Positions 13,538-28,228 of a stretch of 64,000 bases of DNA are shown here, one piece after another. Under the pieces are notes generated by a model. That model did not search any database. It had not been told where the DNA came from and saw only the letters and a program-made list of their open reading frames with translations. Source of the DNA: Eledone cirrhosa. Its lineage: Eukaryota. The position numbers and the translations under genes are program-made. The stretch lies in contig OZ024743.1 in the NCBI GenBank assembly GCA_964016885.1, positions 289,292,001 to 289,356,000 of the forward strand, in the 5' to 3' direction. Within the stretch, counting starts at the first letter, position 1. Each line of letters opens with the position of its first letter.

Positions 13538-14065
13538 ACGTGCGTACAAAGAAACGTATATGAATACATATGGACCTGGGTACGTATATATATATATATA
13601 TGCATGAGCATGCGTAAATGTATGAATGCGTATAGGCATGCTTAAAAGAAGCATTTCTTCATGTGTATTTGTGAAAATGTGTTTACTATAAGTACGCTTG
13701 TGGCATATTGGTACCGATGGTGTCAGAGTCTTAGGTTATGGCATCAGTAAACCCTGAAGGATATTTGAAGCATATCACACGGCTGCCATCCATCTGTCTA
13801 ATTTAATATAGGCAGGGGTTCTTGATATCCATAGAGAAATCTGGAATATTAAAAAAATAATTTGAGGAAATAATGATGGCGATGAATATGATGAGGATGT
13901 TGAAAATGTTGACGATTATGATGATAATGGTGTGTGGGGGTATGGGGTGCGGGATGCAGTGGTGGCGATGGTGGTGGTGCTGGTAATATAAGCATGTTGA
14001 TAATGATGATGATTATGATAGTGGTGATGATGGTGGTGATGGCTATGTGGATAATTCTCATGACA

Positions 14066-14092
14066 ACGATGTCACTGCTGCTGCTGCTGCTG

Positions 14093-14124
<32 letters not shown>

Positions 14125-14195
14125 GCTACTACTATTACAAGTACTACTACTACCACTACTACTAATGCTACTACTACTAATGCTACTAATGCTAC

Positions 14196-14236
<41 letters not shown>

Positions 14237-14288
14237 ATGCTACTACTACTGCTACTACAACAACTACTACTAATACTACCACCACCAA

Positions 14289-14320
<32 letters not shown>

Positions 14321-14391
14321 ATGCTGCTGCTGCTACTACTACTACTAGTAACAACGCCACCCCCACCACTACAACTACTACTACTACTACA

Positions 14392-14425
<34 letters not shown>

Positions 14426-14430
14426 ATACT
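14066..14430. repeat. Compound (CTG)n/(CTA)n trinucleotide microsatellite
   Basis: Direct inspection; explains the poly-L/T/V ORFs. Confidence 0.95.
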
Positions 14431-15224
14431 GCTGTTGCAGTTTATGATAATGGTTTCTTTATTTTTAGCTATAATGATAATAAAATAACAATATCAATAA
14501 TAATAAAACACTAATAATAACGATAACAAAATCAACAAAAACAACATCAGTAAAAATAATAGTAATTATAATGATATTCGTTCTATTTATTGGCATAGTG
14601 CCAGAATGTTAGTAATAATGTACATTAATAATAGTAAAATATACAGAATATATACAAATTTATAATATATACATAATATATATAAATAGAGAAAATATAC
14701 AGAAAATATATAAATAAATAATATATACAGAATATCTGTAAATAATAAATACATAAAATAAACCATTTTGAAACCAAACCTGTAATATTAATTAATGGTA
14801 GGTTTTGCATAAACAGCTTGCCTACGTAAATATATCCGCATAAAAATATATCCATCCATGGGGCCGTAACTCCAAATGGAAAGGTGAAGGCGTCCTCGTG
14901 GAATTTGAACCTGGAAGAGCCCAGTCCTATCAAAGTCTATGCACACAGCAGGTTTCTGCCAGAGAGAGAGAGAGAGAGAAATAGAGAGAGGGGGAGAGAG
15001 AGGGGGAGTAAGGGAGAGTGGTTGAAGAGAGGGGGTTGAGAAAGAGAGATATTGACAACCCCACCTCTATTACTGGACTGGGAGTTATTTATCGACATAT
15101 ATATATATTTATTTTATTAAGGCTAAAGAGTGTGTCGTGATACACTGGAGTTTAGCCGATGTATCTATTTAAACTCTACTTCTGAATTGAGTACTTCTCT
15201 CTCAGCCGTCAACCGCATACTAAG

Positions 15225-15262
<38 letters not shown>

Positions 15263-15273
15263 GTATGTGTATG

Positions 15274-15305
<32 letters not shown>

Positions 15306-15328
15306 ATATATATATATCATACACATAC

Positions 15329-15398
<70 letters not shown>

Positions 15399-15409
15399 GT
15401 ATGTGTATG

Positions 15410-15441
<32 letters not shown>

Positions 15442-16408
15442 ATATATATATATCATACACATACATATACAACATACACATATATATATATATAGAACAT
15501 ACACATACATACACGCGCGCACGCACACACACACACATACACATATATATAGATGTATATTTATATATTAAATTTTTTTATGTTTATTTATTTATGAATA
15601 TACGTGCATATGTACTTGTCAGTGCGTTTGTATGTGTGTGTCTTTGGGCGGCATTCAAATTCGTAATGGGATCTATAAATGATACTAATATGATAAACGT
15701 GACATCCCTCTGCGAATCTCAATCTCAAAATAGTGCCTGTAAGAACACGGGTGGTTTCTCTTATGCAACGATTTTGAAGGAACAAAGAAAATATTCTATA
15801 TTTATGAAGATACATATGTATTTAGTGCAAGCGTTGGTAATTTAAAACATTTGTCTTCATAATCATGCTGACATACTATCACTCAAACGCCTGCAAATTT
15901 ACGCATATGCACACGCATTGTTTTTAATAAAGTACACATTCTTACCCACACATAACACTCATAAAGGCTTCCATACTCATGCATACACAAGGGCCAGTCA
16001 TAGTTATACCTGCATAAGTATATATATCAGGGGCGGCGGAAGCATTTCTGAATTTGGTGAGGGGCCAAATTTGGACAATTTAGTTGTAGTGATTAGTTTT
16101 GCTCTTTGCACTTTAAAATGGCCAGAAATCTTCGATGTGCGATAAACATAGCATGTAGATAAATTGTAGCGCATATCAAAATGGATGTGTGTTTTGGTTA
16201 GTTTCAGGAGAAAATATAATTATTAGAAGGAAGGATTCCCCCCCCCCCCCCGAAACCACCACCACCACCACCACCGGCACAACTCTAGTTTCAGCGTTAT
16301 ATATGATTTAAAAAAAATTATTACGTTCCGCGCTCTTTCCTAGGGGTTAATATATCGAGCTTCTTCGCATTTGGTAAGAAAACGGTATTATACACAATTA
16401 AATCATCT

Positions 16409-16449
<41 letters not shown>

Positions 16450-16450
<1 letters not shown>

Positions 16451-17620
16451 GGTTTCTTGGTTCACCACTGGATAGAAGTAGAATTGGTCATTCCGTATGG
16501 TCAATCTTGATGTAATATTATGGAGAGTACTCAACGTAATGCAGCTCACCCGTCTTCATTTGTGTAGTTGGTGGTGCGAATATGGAGTTAATTATTATAA
16601 ATAAAATAACAGGAGACTGGACTGGTGTGCTTGGAAAAATAAATTTCCCCTCTTTCGGTAAACGTAATTACTCGGAGCGGCTCGCTTCGCTCTGGGGCTC
16701 GCCGCGCCTCCTGTTTTGCCCGCCATATTATACCTATAAACTCTAAGCCTAAGCATAACTATTAGCTGTATCATGCCTCGCTCTACCGGCACATAAATAA
16801 ACCCTCCTGTGTGAATTTATAGTATTCGTTTGGTATAGACAATGGCCTGTTGAAGATGGTAGACTTCCCGCTAGCACACCCGAAGCCTAAGGCAGTTACG
16901 TTCCTAGAGTACTCGGAAAAATTAATTTCCATTTCTTTCGCTAGACGATACCACTCGAAACTGGCTGACACGTGGTTAGGAGGTGCTGGCTGGGATTTAC
17001 AATCGAAGGCTTTAATCTTTACTCTATATCCCACCCTGATAACTTATCGAGATTCCCTATAATACACTTAAACTTTTTCATATAAGACTGTCTCTGTAAT
17101 TTCATTAAATAAATCTCGCAACCCAAACCTTTAATAATTTTTAATTTAATTTCATCTTATAACTCTAAACATAAGTTTAACGTTCCAATTTTCTGTTCAC
17201 ACATTATACCATACAGACGCCTACTATATATGCCTCTGTTAAAATATAGGTTCTTTTGAATAACATTTTTCGTGACCCTTTCGCTGACTTTTCTTCTTTC
17301 TTTCTTCTTTTTCTCTTTGACGGAGAGGTGGTAGTACGTTATAAGCCTTCGCCCCCTCACCAGATGGTCATTAGTATACCGGGTAGACATCACTTGAGGG
17401 CGACTGACTGAGGTGAAAGCAGCTAGTTGGTCAGTCGTCCTCTCTGTCTTTGATTTTCGGACCCATGGATTTTATCTGTTATGTTCCTTTGTTACATTTC
17501 GAATACCTGATGATATCACCGGATTCATACGGAACCCGGTCATTGAAATGATCATAGTATAATAAACCTTTCAAGGATTTACACCAGTCCAGCCTCCTGT
17601 TATTTTATTTATAATTATAT
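16450..17620 (+). mobile_element. Probable PLE 3' fragment with HHR-bearing terminus and short inverted copy of the end (16595-16628 vs 17581-17615)
   Basis: Weak GIY-YIG C-terminal-like ...ALIFTLYPTLITYRD; inverted aaataaaataacaggagactggactggtgt; leftward tail with gagtactc; bounded by (TA)n. Confidence 0.55.
17503..17560 (+). ncRNA. Type I minimal hammerhead ribozyme
   Basis: atac-CTGATGA-tatcaccggattc atac ggaacccggtcatt-GAAA-tgatca-TA-gtat-aataaa. Confidence 0.7.
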
Positions 17621-17636
17621 ATATATATATATATAT

Positions 17637-17894
17637 AGTGGTAGAACACTGGAAGGTAATATCCGTAGTGGTAGAGCACTCAGTCCATGGGACGAGTTAG
17701 TTAGAAGTGGTTACACAACAGTTAGCTCACCATACCGATAACAATTGTTTCACCTTAGCGGATCCTCAGCTCGTAATGGACAACCGTAGGGTTGTCCTAC
17801 CTGTCCCGTATAACAATGTCCATTACGAGCTGAGGATCCGCTAAGGTGAAACAATTGTTCTTGGTATGGTGAACTAACTGTTGTGTAACCACTT
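17637..17894. mobile_element. Fold-back HHR element in (TA)n: arms 17705-17781 / 17817-17894, tail on the left
   Basis: HHR cgag-CTGAGGA-tccgctaaggt-GAAA-caattg-TT-cttg at 17826-17863 (mirror 17736-17773); tail contains gagcactc. Confidence 0.8.
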
Positions 17895-17921
17895 ATATAT
17901 ATATATATATACACACACATA

Positions 17922-18110
17922 CATTCATTTATTATAACTATTCATGAGCTTTGTTACTTTAAACTTTCACCAGTCTTGTCTGGTGAGCACGCGGGTGAGA
18001 CTCCAGAGTAACAAGGCTTAGCCATAATAAATGAATATTTAAATTCTATATCGGTATTGAATTTTCATTCTTACGTCCGTCAATAATTCACGCACTCTCA
18101 GGTCTTGAAT
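17922..18110. mobile_element. Degenerate fold-back HHR family (other copies 15110-15225, 42390-42580, 44730-44920)
   Basis: Shared ga(a/g)actccagagtaaca...cttagccataataaatg and attcatttatta arms; related tails with gagta(c/t)t. Confidence 0.6.
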
Positions 18111-18294
18111 AATCGTTCACAACTCCGCTTATAAATTTGTCAGATTCCTCTCCTCTCCCCGGGTTTTATTCCACCACCACCCACCACCCACTACCCGCTT
18201 ATCAAATTTTGCTATTCTATCCCCGGCGAAATTTCTTGTAAGTGATTCATATTATTACAGCAGCTAGAGAATCTAATAATAATTTTATTTTACA

Positions 18295-18569
18295 CTAGAC
18301 CACCCATGACCCGTTGGGTCACGTTCGCTTCAAAATATTTTTTTTTAAAATCATGTTCACTTAAAAATAATTTTTAAATAATTAGAATATACACAGTTAT
18401 GTATATAATGTGAAATGAAACTGGAAGGCCCGTATATACGAGTGTATATGTATATATATAAATGTGTGTGTTTGTATATATATATATATATATACATATA
18501 TAAAATGAGATTAATATCCCCACAGGTACTAAGTACCTACGGAAATATATCATCTCATTTATATATATT

Positions 18570-18602
<33 letters not shown>

Positions 18603-18636
18603 ATATATATATATGTGGGTGCCTACACATATATAC

Positions 18637-18677
<41 letters not shown>

Positions 18678-19516
18678 ACACCACCACCAGCTCTCTCTCT
18701 CTCTCTTCCATTCTCCTTCTCTCTCTCCTCTCCCCTTCCCTACGTTTCTCTTTCAATCTACTCTCTCACTACCATTATCTATTTCTCTCTCTCTCTCTCT
18801 CTCCCTCTTTCTCTCTCTCTCTCACTCTCTCTCTCTCTCTCTCTCCTTTTCTCTCTCCCTCTCTCTCTGTGTTTAGGAAGGTACCCGGAAAATCACCATA
18901 TCTCGGGAACTCGTGCTCGGATTTACGCGAAACTTGTTTTATTCCATTTGTATTCCATTTCAGGGTCAATTTCCTTTCCAATCACTAATTATACACTATA
19001 CAATTATTTATTTCCCCAAGCATCCCCCTTCTATTATTTGGGATCCGAGAGTGTTACCAAACTCTCCTCCTCTCTATGTCTATCACACACAACTTTCTTT
19101 TAATCCCCTTCTCTGTATCAACTAAAATCAAATTCTACCCCTCTCTATATCTACCACGACACCGCCCCTCTTATCCCACACTCTATATCTAAGACTAATA
19201 AACACTCACTCTCTATAAATATCTACACTTATCTCTCCAAATCCCACTCTGTGTATCAATCACCAATAAAATATCACCCGCCCTATTTGTACTACAAGAA
19301 ACTCTCCCATTATCCCTCTCTGTATATCTACAACCACCAAATTCTCCCCCTCACTAAATCTACTACACGGCGGTGTTCGCTTTCAACCCCCACTCTATAT
19401 AAATTAACATCAATCTCTCCCCTTCTCTATATCTAATACACGGAACTATCTTTCAATACCCCTTTCTATATCAATTAACCCCAAATTCTCCCCTCTTTTT
19501 TACTTATAATAAATGA
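18295..19516 (-). mobile_element. Probable non-autonomous Helitron (internal fragment also at 44558-44640)
   Basis: Minus strand starts TCatttattataag and ends tgacccaacgggtca (hairpin) tgggtggtCTAG|T; internal (TA)n, (TC)n and degenerate minisatellite. Confidence 0.5.
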
Positions 19517-19923
19517 ACTTTAAAAGGAAATGTGGGTGTTAGTACGTATGAGTGTCTATAGGTATTTAAGTGTTAATGTAAACCCTGCCTTTTATCTGTG
19601 TCATTGCATTAATGTGAATATTTCTAAAAATAGTTTTTTTCAAAGAATCCCTGTTCTTTAAAATCCCTTGGCCAATAACCTCTACCCATCCTGAAAATTA
19701 CCACCTTCCCCAACAACCAGAAAACAAACATGTACCAGCGTATTACAGTAACAGTTGTTTCCTGATGAATGAAACAGTTCTAGTCCTGTAGAATGAAACA
19801 GTTCTAGTCCTGTAGAAGCCATTTCTAAATGAATTTGTTGCTTACACACTACTAATTCATTGAGTATCTTACATTCTGTGATCCCCCACCCCACCTCGAT
19901 TGAACCTGGGACTCATATATATA

Positions 19924-20819
19924 CGAGGTGGGTCAGAAACGTTCCAGGTCTGATGTCACAAAAGATTTATTTCAAACCTAAACTTCACACTAAGAGTTTT
20001 CTCCTTCAAAGTAATCCCCCTGGAGTATGTAACTGTAATCTTAGCTCTCTGCAGCGATCACACTTTTTTCTTCATAATTTTATATACATGTCCTCTGTTT
20101 CAGGTCGACAAGCAAGGAGCACAGAGCAACGAACAAACTTGAAAACTCCGCCAGAAGCACTGGGATTGCTGCAGCAAGTGTATGGAGATGAGACGATGTC
20201 ATGCTCTCGTGTTTTTGAGTGGTGCAAGAGGTTTAAAGAAGGACTCGAGGACTTGGAAGATGACCCCAGGAGCGGAAGGCCCTCAACAACCAGGACTGAG
20301 GTCAACGTTGAGCGCGTCAGGCAGATGGTGCGTAGCGATCGTCGGCTGACTGTTCGACTGATGGCAAATGAGCTGGGCATGAATCGGGACAGCGTCTGGA
20401 AGATTCTCACTGAAGATTTGGACATGCGGAAAGTCTGCGCGAAGATGGTGCCAAAATTGCTGAACGATGACCAGAAGGGTCGACGCATGCAAGTGTGCCA
20501 GGACATCCCCGAGCGTATTGAAACCGAACCAGACTTGCTAGGGACAGTCATCGCCGGGGATGAGTCATGGATCTTCGAGTACAACCCGGAGGGGACCCGT
20601 TTTGTAAACGTGGACGACATCAAAAAGGCCGTGACGACGGAACTGCGGAGGATTCCGGAAGAATCCTTCCAAGAGTGCATGCAAGCTTGGCAGAAAAGGA
20701 TGGAAAAGTGCATTAGACTCTAGGGGGATTACTTTGAAGAAGAAAACCCCTTGTGTGAAGTTTGGGTTTGAAATAAATCTTTTGTGACATCAGTCCTGGA
20801 ACTTTTCTGACCAACCTCG
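19924..20819 (+). mobile_element. Internally deleted mariner (Tc1/mariner) transposon
   Basis: TA on both sides; ~100 bp inverted ends cgaggtgggtcagaaacgttccagg...; ORF with VFEWCKRFKEG...DDPRSGRP (HTH), KMVPKLL, AGDESW and C-terminal MEKCIRL. Confidence 0.92.
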
Positions 20820-21537
20820 TATATATATAGAGAGAGAGAGCGAGAATAGAATTAGATTTTAGCTTCAAGTATAGCTCTATACAGATGTATATTGGCATTT
20901 CGTATTTCTAAAGAAATACGGTTTGTTTATAAACACACATTTAGAAAGCTGTAGCCATGCAAAAATACCGGCGGCTATCACCGCCTGGTGGTGGTCAGCA
21001 GAAGCAAGGGGGACAATCGTCAATGCATTTCAAACTGAACTGGTTCTAATCAGGACGATCCCTCCCGCTCTTACAACTACTGGACTTGAAAACAAGCGAG
21101 AATACATAGTTTTCTCCTCTTTGTAAATGAGGTGATTAATCTCATTTGCATATGAAGCTGTATAAGTTGGCTCAACTTATAATAGAATAGAATTCTCTCC
21201 GTGCACAAAAATGCAGAGGACAGCAACCTTTCGCTATTCAACAATGATTGTCTTCCCATCCACATATAGCGGTTCCTATGATTCAGTCTACACAGTTATC
21301 TCTATAGTATTGATATTTATGTCAAGAAATGTGCAGAATAACACAGAAATAACCAGTCTGTTTCGCAACGTAACTGATAAAATAAATATTAATGTAGAAT
21401 ACTGCGTATATTAGAAATCATTAGAAATTGTTATGCAGATATAACTTACATTTTGTTTTTATCAGAGGCTATTTCGTATACCTCTACATTCGTGAAAGAA
21501 CTTGCAGCATATCTCATCTACCCAGGCTCATTTAACA

Positions 21538-21572
21538 CTGCTGTCTACTACTACTACTACTACTACCACTAG

Positions 21573-21606
<34 letters not shown>

Positions 21607-21652
21607 GCTGCTCCTGCTGCTGCTGCTGCTACTACTACTACTACTACTACTC
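21538..21652. repeat. (CTA)n/(CTG)n microsatellite
   Basis: Direct inspection. Confidence 0.9.
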
Positions 21653-23092
21653 CCCTCTCATCACCACACTGAACACTCCGACCACGCTGTAAATGCTTTG
21701 TCGAATAATTTTTCTCTCAAAACACCGGCCCTCTTAAAATGTCTCACTACGTTGAAATATAAAGACAACGTCTACCGATGAACCACAACCTTACTCCTTC
21801 GTATTTGAAGGATTGCATAAATAAAGGGGAAAGTCAGACCTCTTTCTGTAACACAATCATAAATACAGACACACACACTTACACCTACCCATACACACAC
21901 ACTCACATATGAGCTCAAGAACAAACACACACTTCTTACGATACTACCTTTTACTACTGGACGCGTCCATTTCAAGACCCTTCCGTTTTTTCTGTTCATT
22001 ATTTTTCGTTCATTATTTTTCGTGTCCAAAGTGGTCTTATACTTCACATGAACGCCTCCCTGTATTCGTCGTTGGTTTCATTTCCCCTTATCTCTGCCTC
22101 TTCTCTGCCCAAATCCTGGAATTCCGACGGTGGTCCTTTTCGTTGATCTATCGCCATCTTTTCTAGCTAAATGTCTTGTCTATATCCTCTTTGTGTTTGT
22201 TATTTCTTGAACTATATCTCTGGCTCCTGCTTAGTTTCCTGGCAATTTCTTCCGTTTATTGTCCTATGTTCTATCTTAATTTCCTGTCCACTTCCACTTT
22301 ACTTCTCAAGTGAATCCCTAACCCCTATCTTTCTTATCTATATATACACTCAACTCCATCTTTCAATATAATATTCAACGTTGTTCTTTTCATAGCATAT
22401 TGCATTGCTCTGATATTGTATTCAACACTGAAATAAGAAATAAGTACGCACAAGAACAAATACATTCATTCAGGAGGAAATACACTCTCATACATTTGTA
22501 TTTCTTATTCCTATTTTTTCAGTCAATCGCCATATGCCATTATTGTTGCAAAGGCTTATGATCAAGGTAATGGAGACCAAGACACTGACTGTATGGTTAG
22601 TTAGACAAATCATGATTCAGCCGACCTACAATTAATAATTAGCCTCCCATATGTATCTAAAAATTAATTATCCAATATATCTTTTTTTTTGTTATTAGTG
22701 TTATTTTTGTTATTTAGCCGCAAGACAACTGTGATTAACTAGACCTATGACCAAACAAATTCTAGTTATAGTGGAGATTTATGGTGTCCTTGGCTCTAGA
22801 ACCACTTCCCTACTCACCTCCATTGGCATGATGTTGGCTACCCGCAGGTGTGAGCCTCGCAAGCTAGAATGGCTCTTCGGATGCTATCCTTCACCACCCC
22901 TTGTTTTTATGTGGATGTAAGACTTCGTTACATAATATGCATGTTTCTGATGAAGACCAGAAGGATCACGTCTGAGGAAGAATTGTCTTCGATATGTATA
23001 TAAAATTGTAGTAAAACTTCCAGTTATAAATGGAAAGAACTCACAATAAACACAAGATACTCAATACATCGTGTATATAAATATATTTAAGA

Positions 23093-23155
23093 GAACTAGT
23101 CATGTAAGAGTCATTCTTTCAATCTTTGAAAGAATGACTCTTACATGACTAGTTC
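23093..23155. repeat. Perfect 30-bp hairpin abutting (TA)n
   Basis: gaactagtcatgtaagagtcattctttcaa-tct-ttgaaagaatgactcttacatgactagttc. Confidence 0.9.
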
Positions 23156-23187
23156 ATATATATATATATATATGTATGTATATATAT

Positions 23188-23252
<65 letters not shown>

Positions 23253-23299
23253 GTGTATATATGTATGTATATATATATATGTATATATATATATGTATA

Positions 23300-24477
<1,178 letters not shown>

Positions 24478-24504
24478 GTATATATGTATGTATGTATATA
24501 TATG

Positions 24505-24550
<46 letters not shown>

Positions 24551-24553
<3 letters not shown>

Positions 24554-24886
24554 AGGTTAAACTTTGTTGTAAACACAAATAAGTCTATCATGGCATTTGG
24601 TGGGTGTTAGGGGTGGCTGAACTTGCCTGTAGAACAATAGGGGGGGGGGGTAGTGGAGTCGGTCAAGCGTTAAAAGTGATATGTTTATAGTAGATTCGAA
24701 ACGGCTTGCGCTCTGCCGTCGGGCTCATAATTTTTCCTATTTCCCACTCTACTACCCTAAGTATTGAGTACTCTGGTGCGTTATGGTCCACCTGGTTCCT
24801 TACCACAATTCCTTTGTTATATATATATATATATATATATACATATATAATATATATATATGTACATATATATATAATTATATATA

Positions 24887-24931
<45 letters not shown>

Positions 24932-24952
24932 CCATATATATATATATATATC

Positions 24953-25050
<98 letters not shown>

Positions 25051-25533
25051 TATATAATTATATATATATGTGCATATATATATATTATATATTATATATG
25101 TATATATATATATATATAACAAAGGAATTGTGGTAAGGAACCAGGTGGACCATAACGCACCAGAGTACTCAATACTTAGGGTAGTAGAGTGAGAAATAGG
25201 AAAAATTATGACCCCGACGGCAGAGCTCAAGCCGTTTCGAATCTGCTATATACATATCACTTTTAACGCTTGACTGACTCCCCTCACCCCCCCCCCCCCT
25301 ATTGTTCTACAGGCAAGTTCAGCCACCCCTACCTCCCACCAAATACCATGATAGACTTATTTGTGTTTACACAAAGTTTAACCAATCCTCTTGACAATTA
25401 CAATCTTCCCATATAAGGAAGTACCCCCTTGACAATTTCGGCTATTTATTCACCAGGCTAAAAATTATAATTTAGTCCAGAAATAGCCATCGAAACGGCT
25501 TGAGCTCTGCCGTCGGGGTCATACTTTTTCCTA
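24551..25533. mobile_element. HHR element family C (25115-25533) plus a secondary inverted duplicate (24551-24818) across a mirrored (TA)n tract
   Basis: GAAA-cggc-ttgagctct-gccg-TC-ggggt 3' half with degenerate acccc-ttgacaa 5' half at ~25423-25520; tail with ttgagtactc. Confidence 0.8.
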
Positions 25534-26533
25534 TATATATATTACATAAGTGTCTGTGTAAAATGGGGAGTTCTTTGAGGCATATCTCCTAAAAAGAGCG
25601 AAACAAAAAATATGATAAAGTTTTAATGTATTTTTCATATGCTGTTTATGTGACCTGGTATTTGCAAGGATTGTATTTACGTAATAATTGTAAATCTTTT
25701 ACATTTTTATGCAGTACTGTGTGCATGCGTGAGACTGTCGTAGTTCGTAGTGACATATATGTGTGCATGAGTGTATATGTTGAGGTGTGTGTGGATGTAT
25801 GTATTGAAGTGTATGTGTGTGCATATGTAGGTCTATGTAAAAAAGTGTGTGTATGTGTGTGTGGGGGGGGGGGGGGGGGGCGTGCGTATGTGTCTGCGGA
25901 TGTAAGTATTGAAATGTAATGTGTGCGGGTCTGTGGATTATATGTGTTGACGAGTGTGTATGAATGTATGTCTTGAAGTGTTTGTGTGACGATGGATGTA
26001 TTTGTTGAAGCATGTGTGTAGATGTATGTGGCAATCTGTGTATAGTAAATGCTTTATTTAACGTTGTTGCATGTCTCTCATGTTATTCTACCATTACGCG
26101 ATGTTTATCCTGTTTGCTTGACGTTGCTCGTGAGGTTTTGATTGGTTGGGAGTGTTTATATGTCTATACGAATGTATGTCCGATGTATGTGTGTGTATAT
26201 GTGTTCGTCTGCATGCACGCCGTCCGTCTAATAGTTAGTTCATGAAAGATAGAAATGCATGTTTACATTTTAAAGATACGCTGCATTAATTGCTGGCTCC
26301 AGATATATACGTTTACTATGTTTGATAAAAAGTCAGTATACACACACCCTTCATCATATATATATATATATACATGTATATACAAATTCACACAATCACT
26401 TAAACACACACACATACTTACACTCACATACACAGATATGTATATATATATATATGTATATATATACATATATATATACATATATATATGTATATATACA
26501 TATATATATATGTATATAAATACATATATATAT

Positions 26534-26566
<33 letters not shown>

Positions 26567-26665
26567 TATATATACATATATTATTTAAGCAAATCAAGAC
26601 CACAAAACTCACATAGAAGACGTTAGTTAAAGAGTGTCAACATTAATTGCAGTTTAATGTAAGGA

Positions 26666-26853
26666 ATAATAATTGTTTCTACTTTAGGTACAAGGCCAGC
26701 AATTACCCAGTGCATTACTGGTACTTTATTTTATCGACCCCGTAAGGATGAAAGGCAAAGTCAACATCGGCGGGATTTGAACTCAGATCGTAAAGGGACG
26801 TAACTATGCTGGAAAGCATGGCGTCCGACCCTCTACCGATACTGCCAATCCAC
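26666..26853 (-). mobile_element. Full-length ~180 bp SINE
   Basis: Reverse complement of the 34717-34895 sequence. Confidence 0.85.
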
Positions 26854-26862
26854 AATAATGTC

Positions 26863-26983
26863 AGTTTACAATTGTTTCACTACTTATAATGTTTCTGGAT
26901 CAATCGATTATGAGATCGTTAATGATCTGGTTCAGAGAAAGATAAGTAACTTAAATTATATTATGGAGCAGATCTTCAGAACT
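26863..26983 (-). ncRNA. Hammerhead ribozyme with ~95-nt stem II domain
   Basis: Minus strand agtt-CTGAAGA-tctgct...agtagt-GAAA-caattg-TA-aact. Confidence 0.7.
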
Positions 26984-27589
26984 TCAGATGAGATAATGAA
27001 AATATTAATATAGATAAAATGGAAATGAAATAAGAAATATAAAAGAAAATAAGAGGCTTACGAGTCCGTAAAGATTAGTCATTAAACTGCAATTAATGTT
27101 GACACTATTTAATCCTTTCATTAAACTGCAATTAATGTTGACACTCTTTAACTAACGTCTTCTATGTGAGGTTTGTGGTCTTCATTTGCTTAAATATTGA
27201 ATATTTCCAGCTCTGTGCACCTATCCTCCGTATGAACCCAGTTTTCTAGCTGCTTCTCACTGCATATTGCACATTGAGCACACGCCTTTAGGATGTTGGC
27301 TTCTAATACTTTCACCAATCTCTCCTCTCCTATCTCTATCTCTCTAAGATTGGTTTACTCTTGAACTGTCCATATATATGTATGTATATATACATGTATA
27401 TATGTATATATACATGTATATATACATATATACATGTATATATGGTAAATATCTATTTGGTAAATATCATCTTGGTTAAAAGAGTGGGACTGGATTTGTG
27501 CAGTGCCTTTGCTCACCATAAAAGCTTCACGGCACAGGCATTGCTTTATATCTGGAGATCTCTCTGCACTTGCCGTCACATGGTACCAT

Positions 27590-27750
27590 GTACACTATGT
27601 GTCAATAATTGTCACAAGTGTAGTGTTTGTACCAGAGTTTTCAAGTCGCTGGCTGGACTAAAAAGTCACACTCGTTCAGCGCATCGGTAGGGGTTCTCCT
27701 ACATGGATATAAAGTAGTGGCCGTACTCGAAAACGAGTTGGCAGCCACCA
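27590..27750 (+). mobile_element. RTE-clade LINE 3' end with C2H2 finger
   Basis: [22 protein letters not shown], then a short UTR with hairpin actcgaaaacgagt ending in a TA-rich repeat. Confidence 0.55.
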
Positions 27751-27756
27751 TATATG

Positions 27757-27821
<65 letters not shown>

Positions 27822-28066
27822 TATATATATGAATATATATATATGTATATATATGAATATATACATATATATATATGTATATATACATATATATATATGT
27901 ATATATACATATATATATATGTATATATACATGTATATATATATATATACATGTATATATACATATATATATGTATATACATATATGTATATATACATAT
28001 ATATATATATGTGTATATATACATATATACATAGATATATATATCTATGATATATAGATATACATG

Positions 28067-28116
<50 letters not shown>

Positions 28117-28163
28117 TATATGTATATATACATATATATATAAACATATATATATATGTATAT

Positions 28164-28225
<62 letters not shown>

Positions 28226-28228
<3 letters not shown>

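Larger units (their letters stand above)
26582..27360. mobile_element. Fold-back PLE-terminus element (family of 55680-55965), interrupted by a SINE
   Basis: Arms 26582-26658 / 27119-27197; homologous to the terminus downstream of the GIY-YIG fragment at 55 kb. Confidence 0.7.

Noticed and set aside
13934-14514. Poly-Leu, poly-Thr and poly-Val ORFs
   Set aside because: They arise from a stop-poor trinucleotide repeat with no complex sequence or splice support
20072-20713. Antisense ORFs over mariner, RTE and PLE coding regions (also 28546, 34463, 37778, 38551)
   Set aside because: Shadow frames of transposon ORFs
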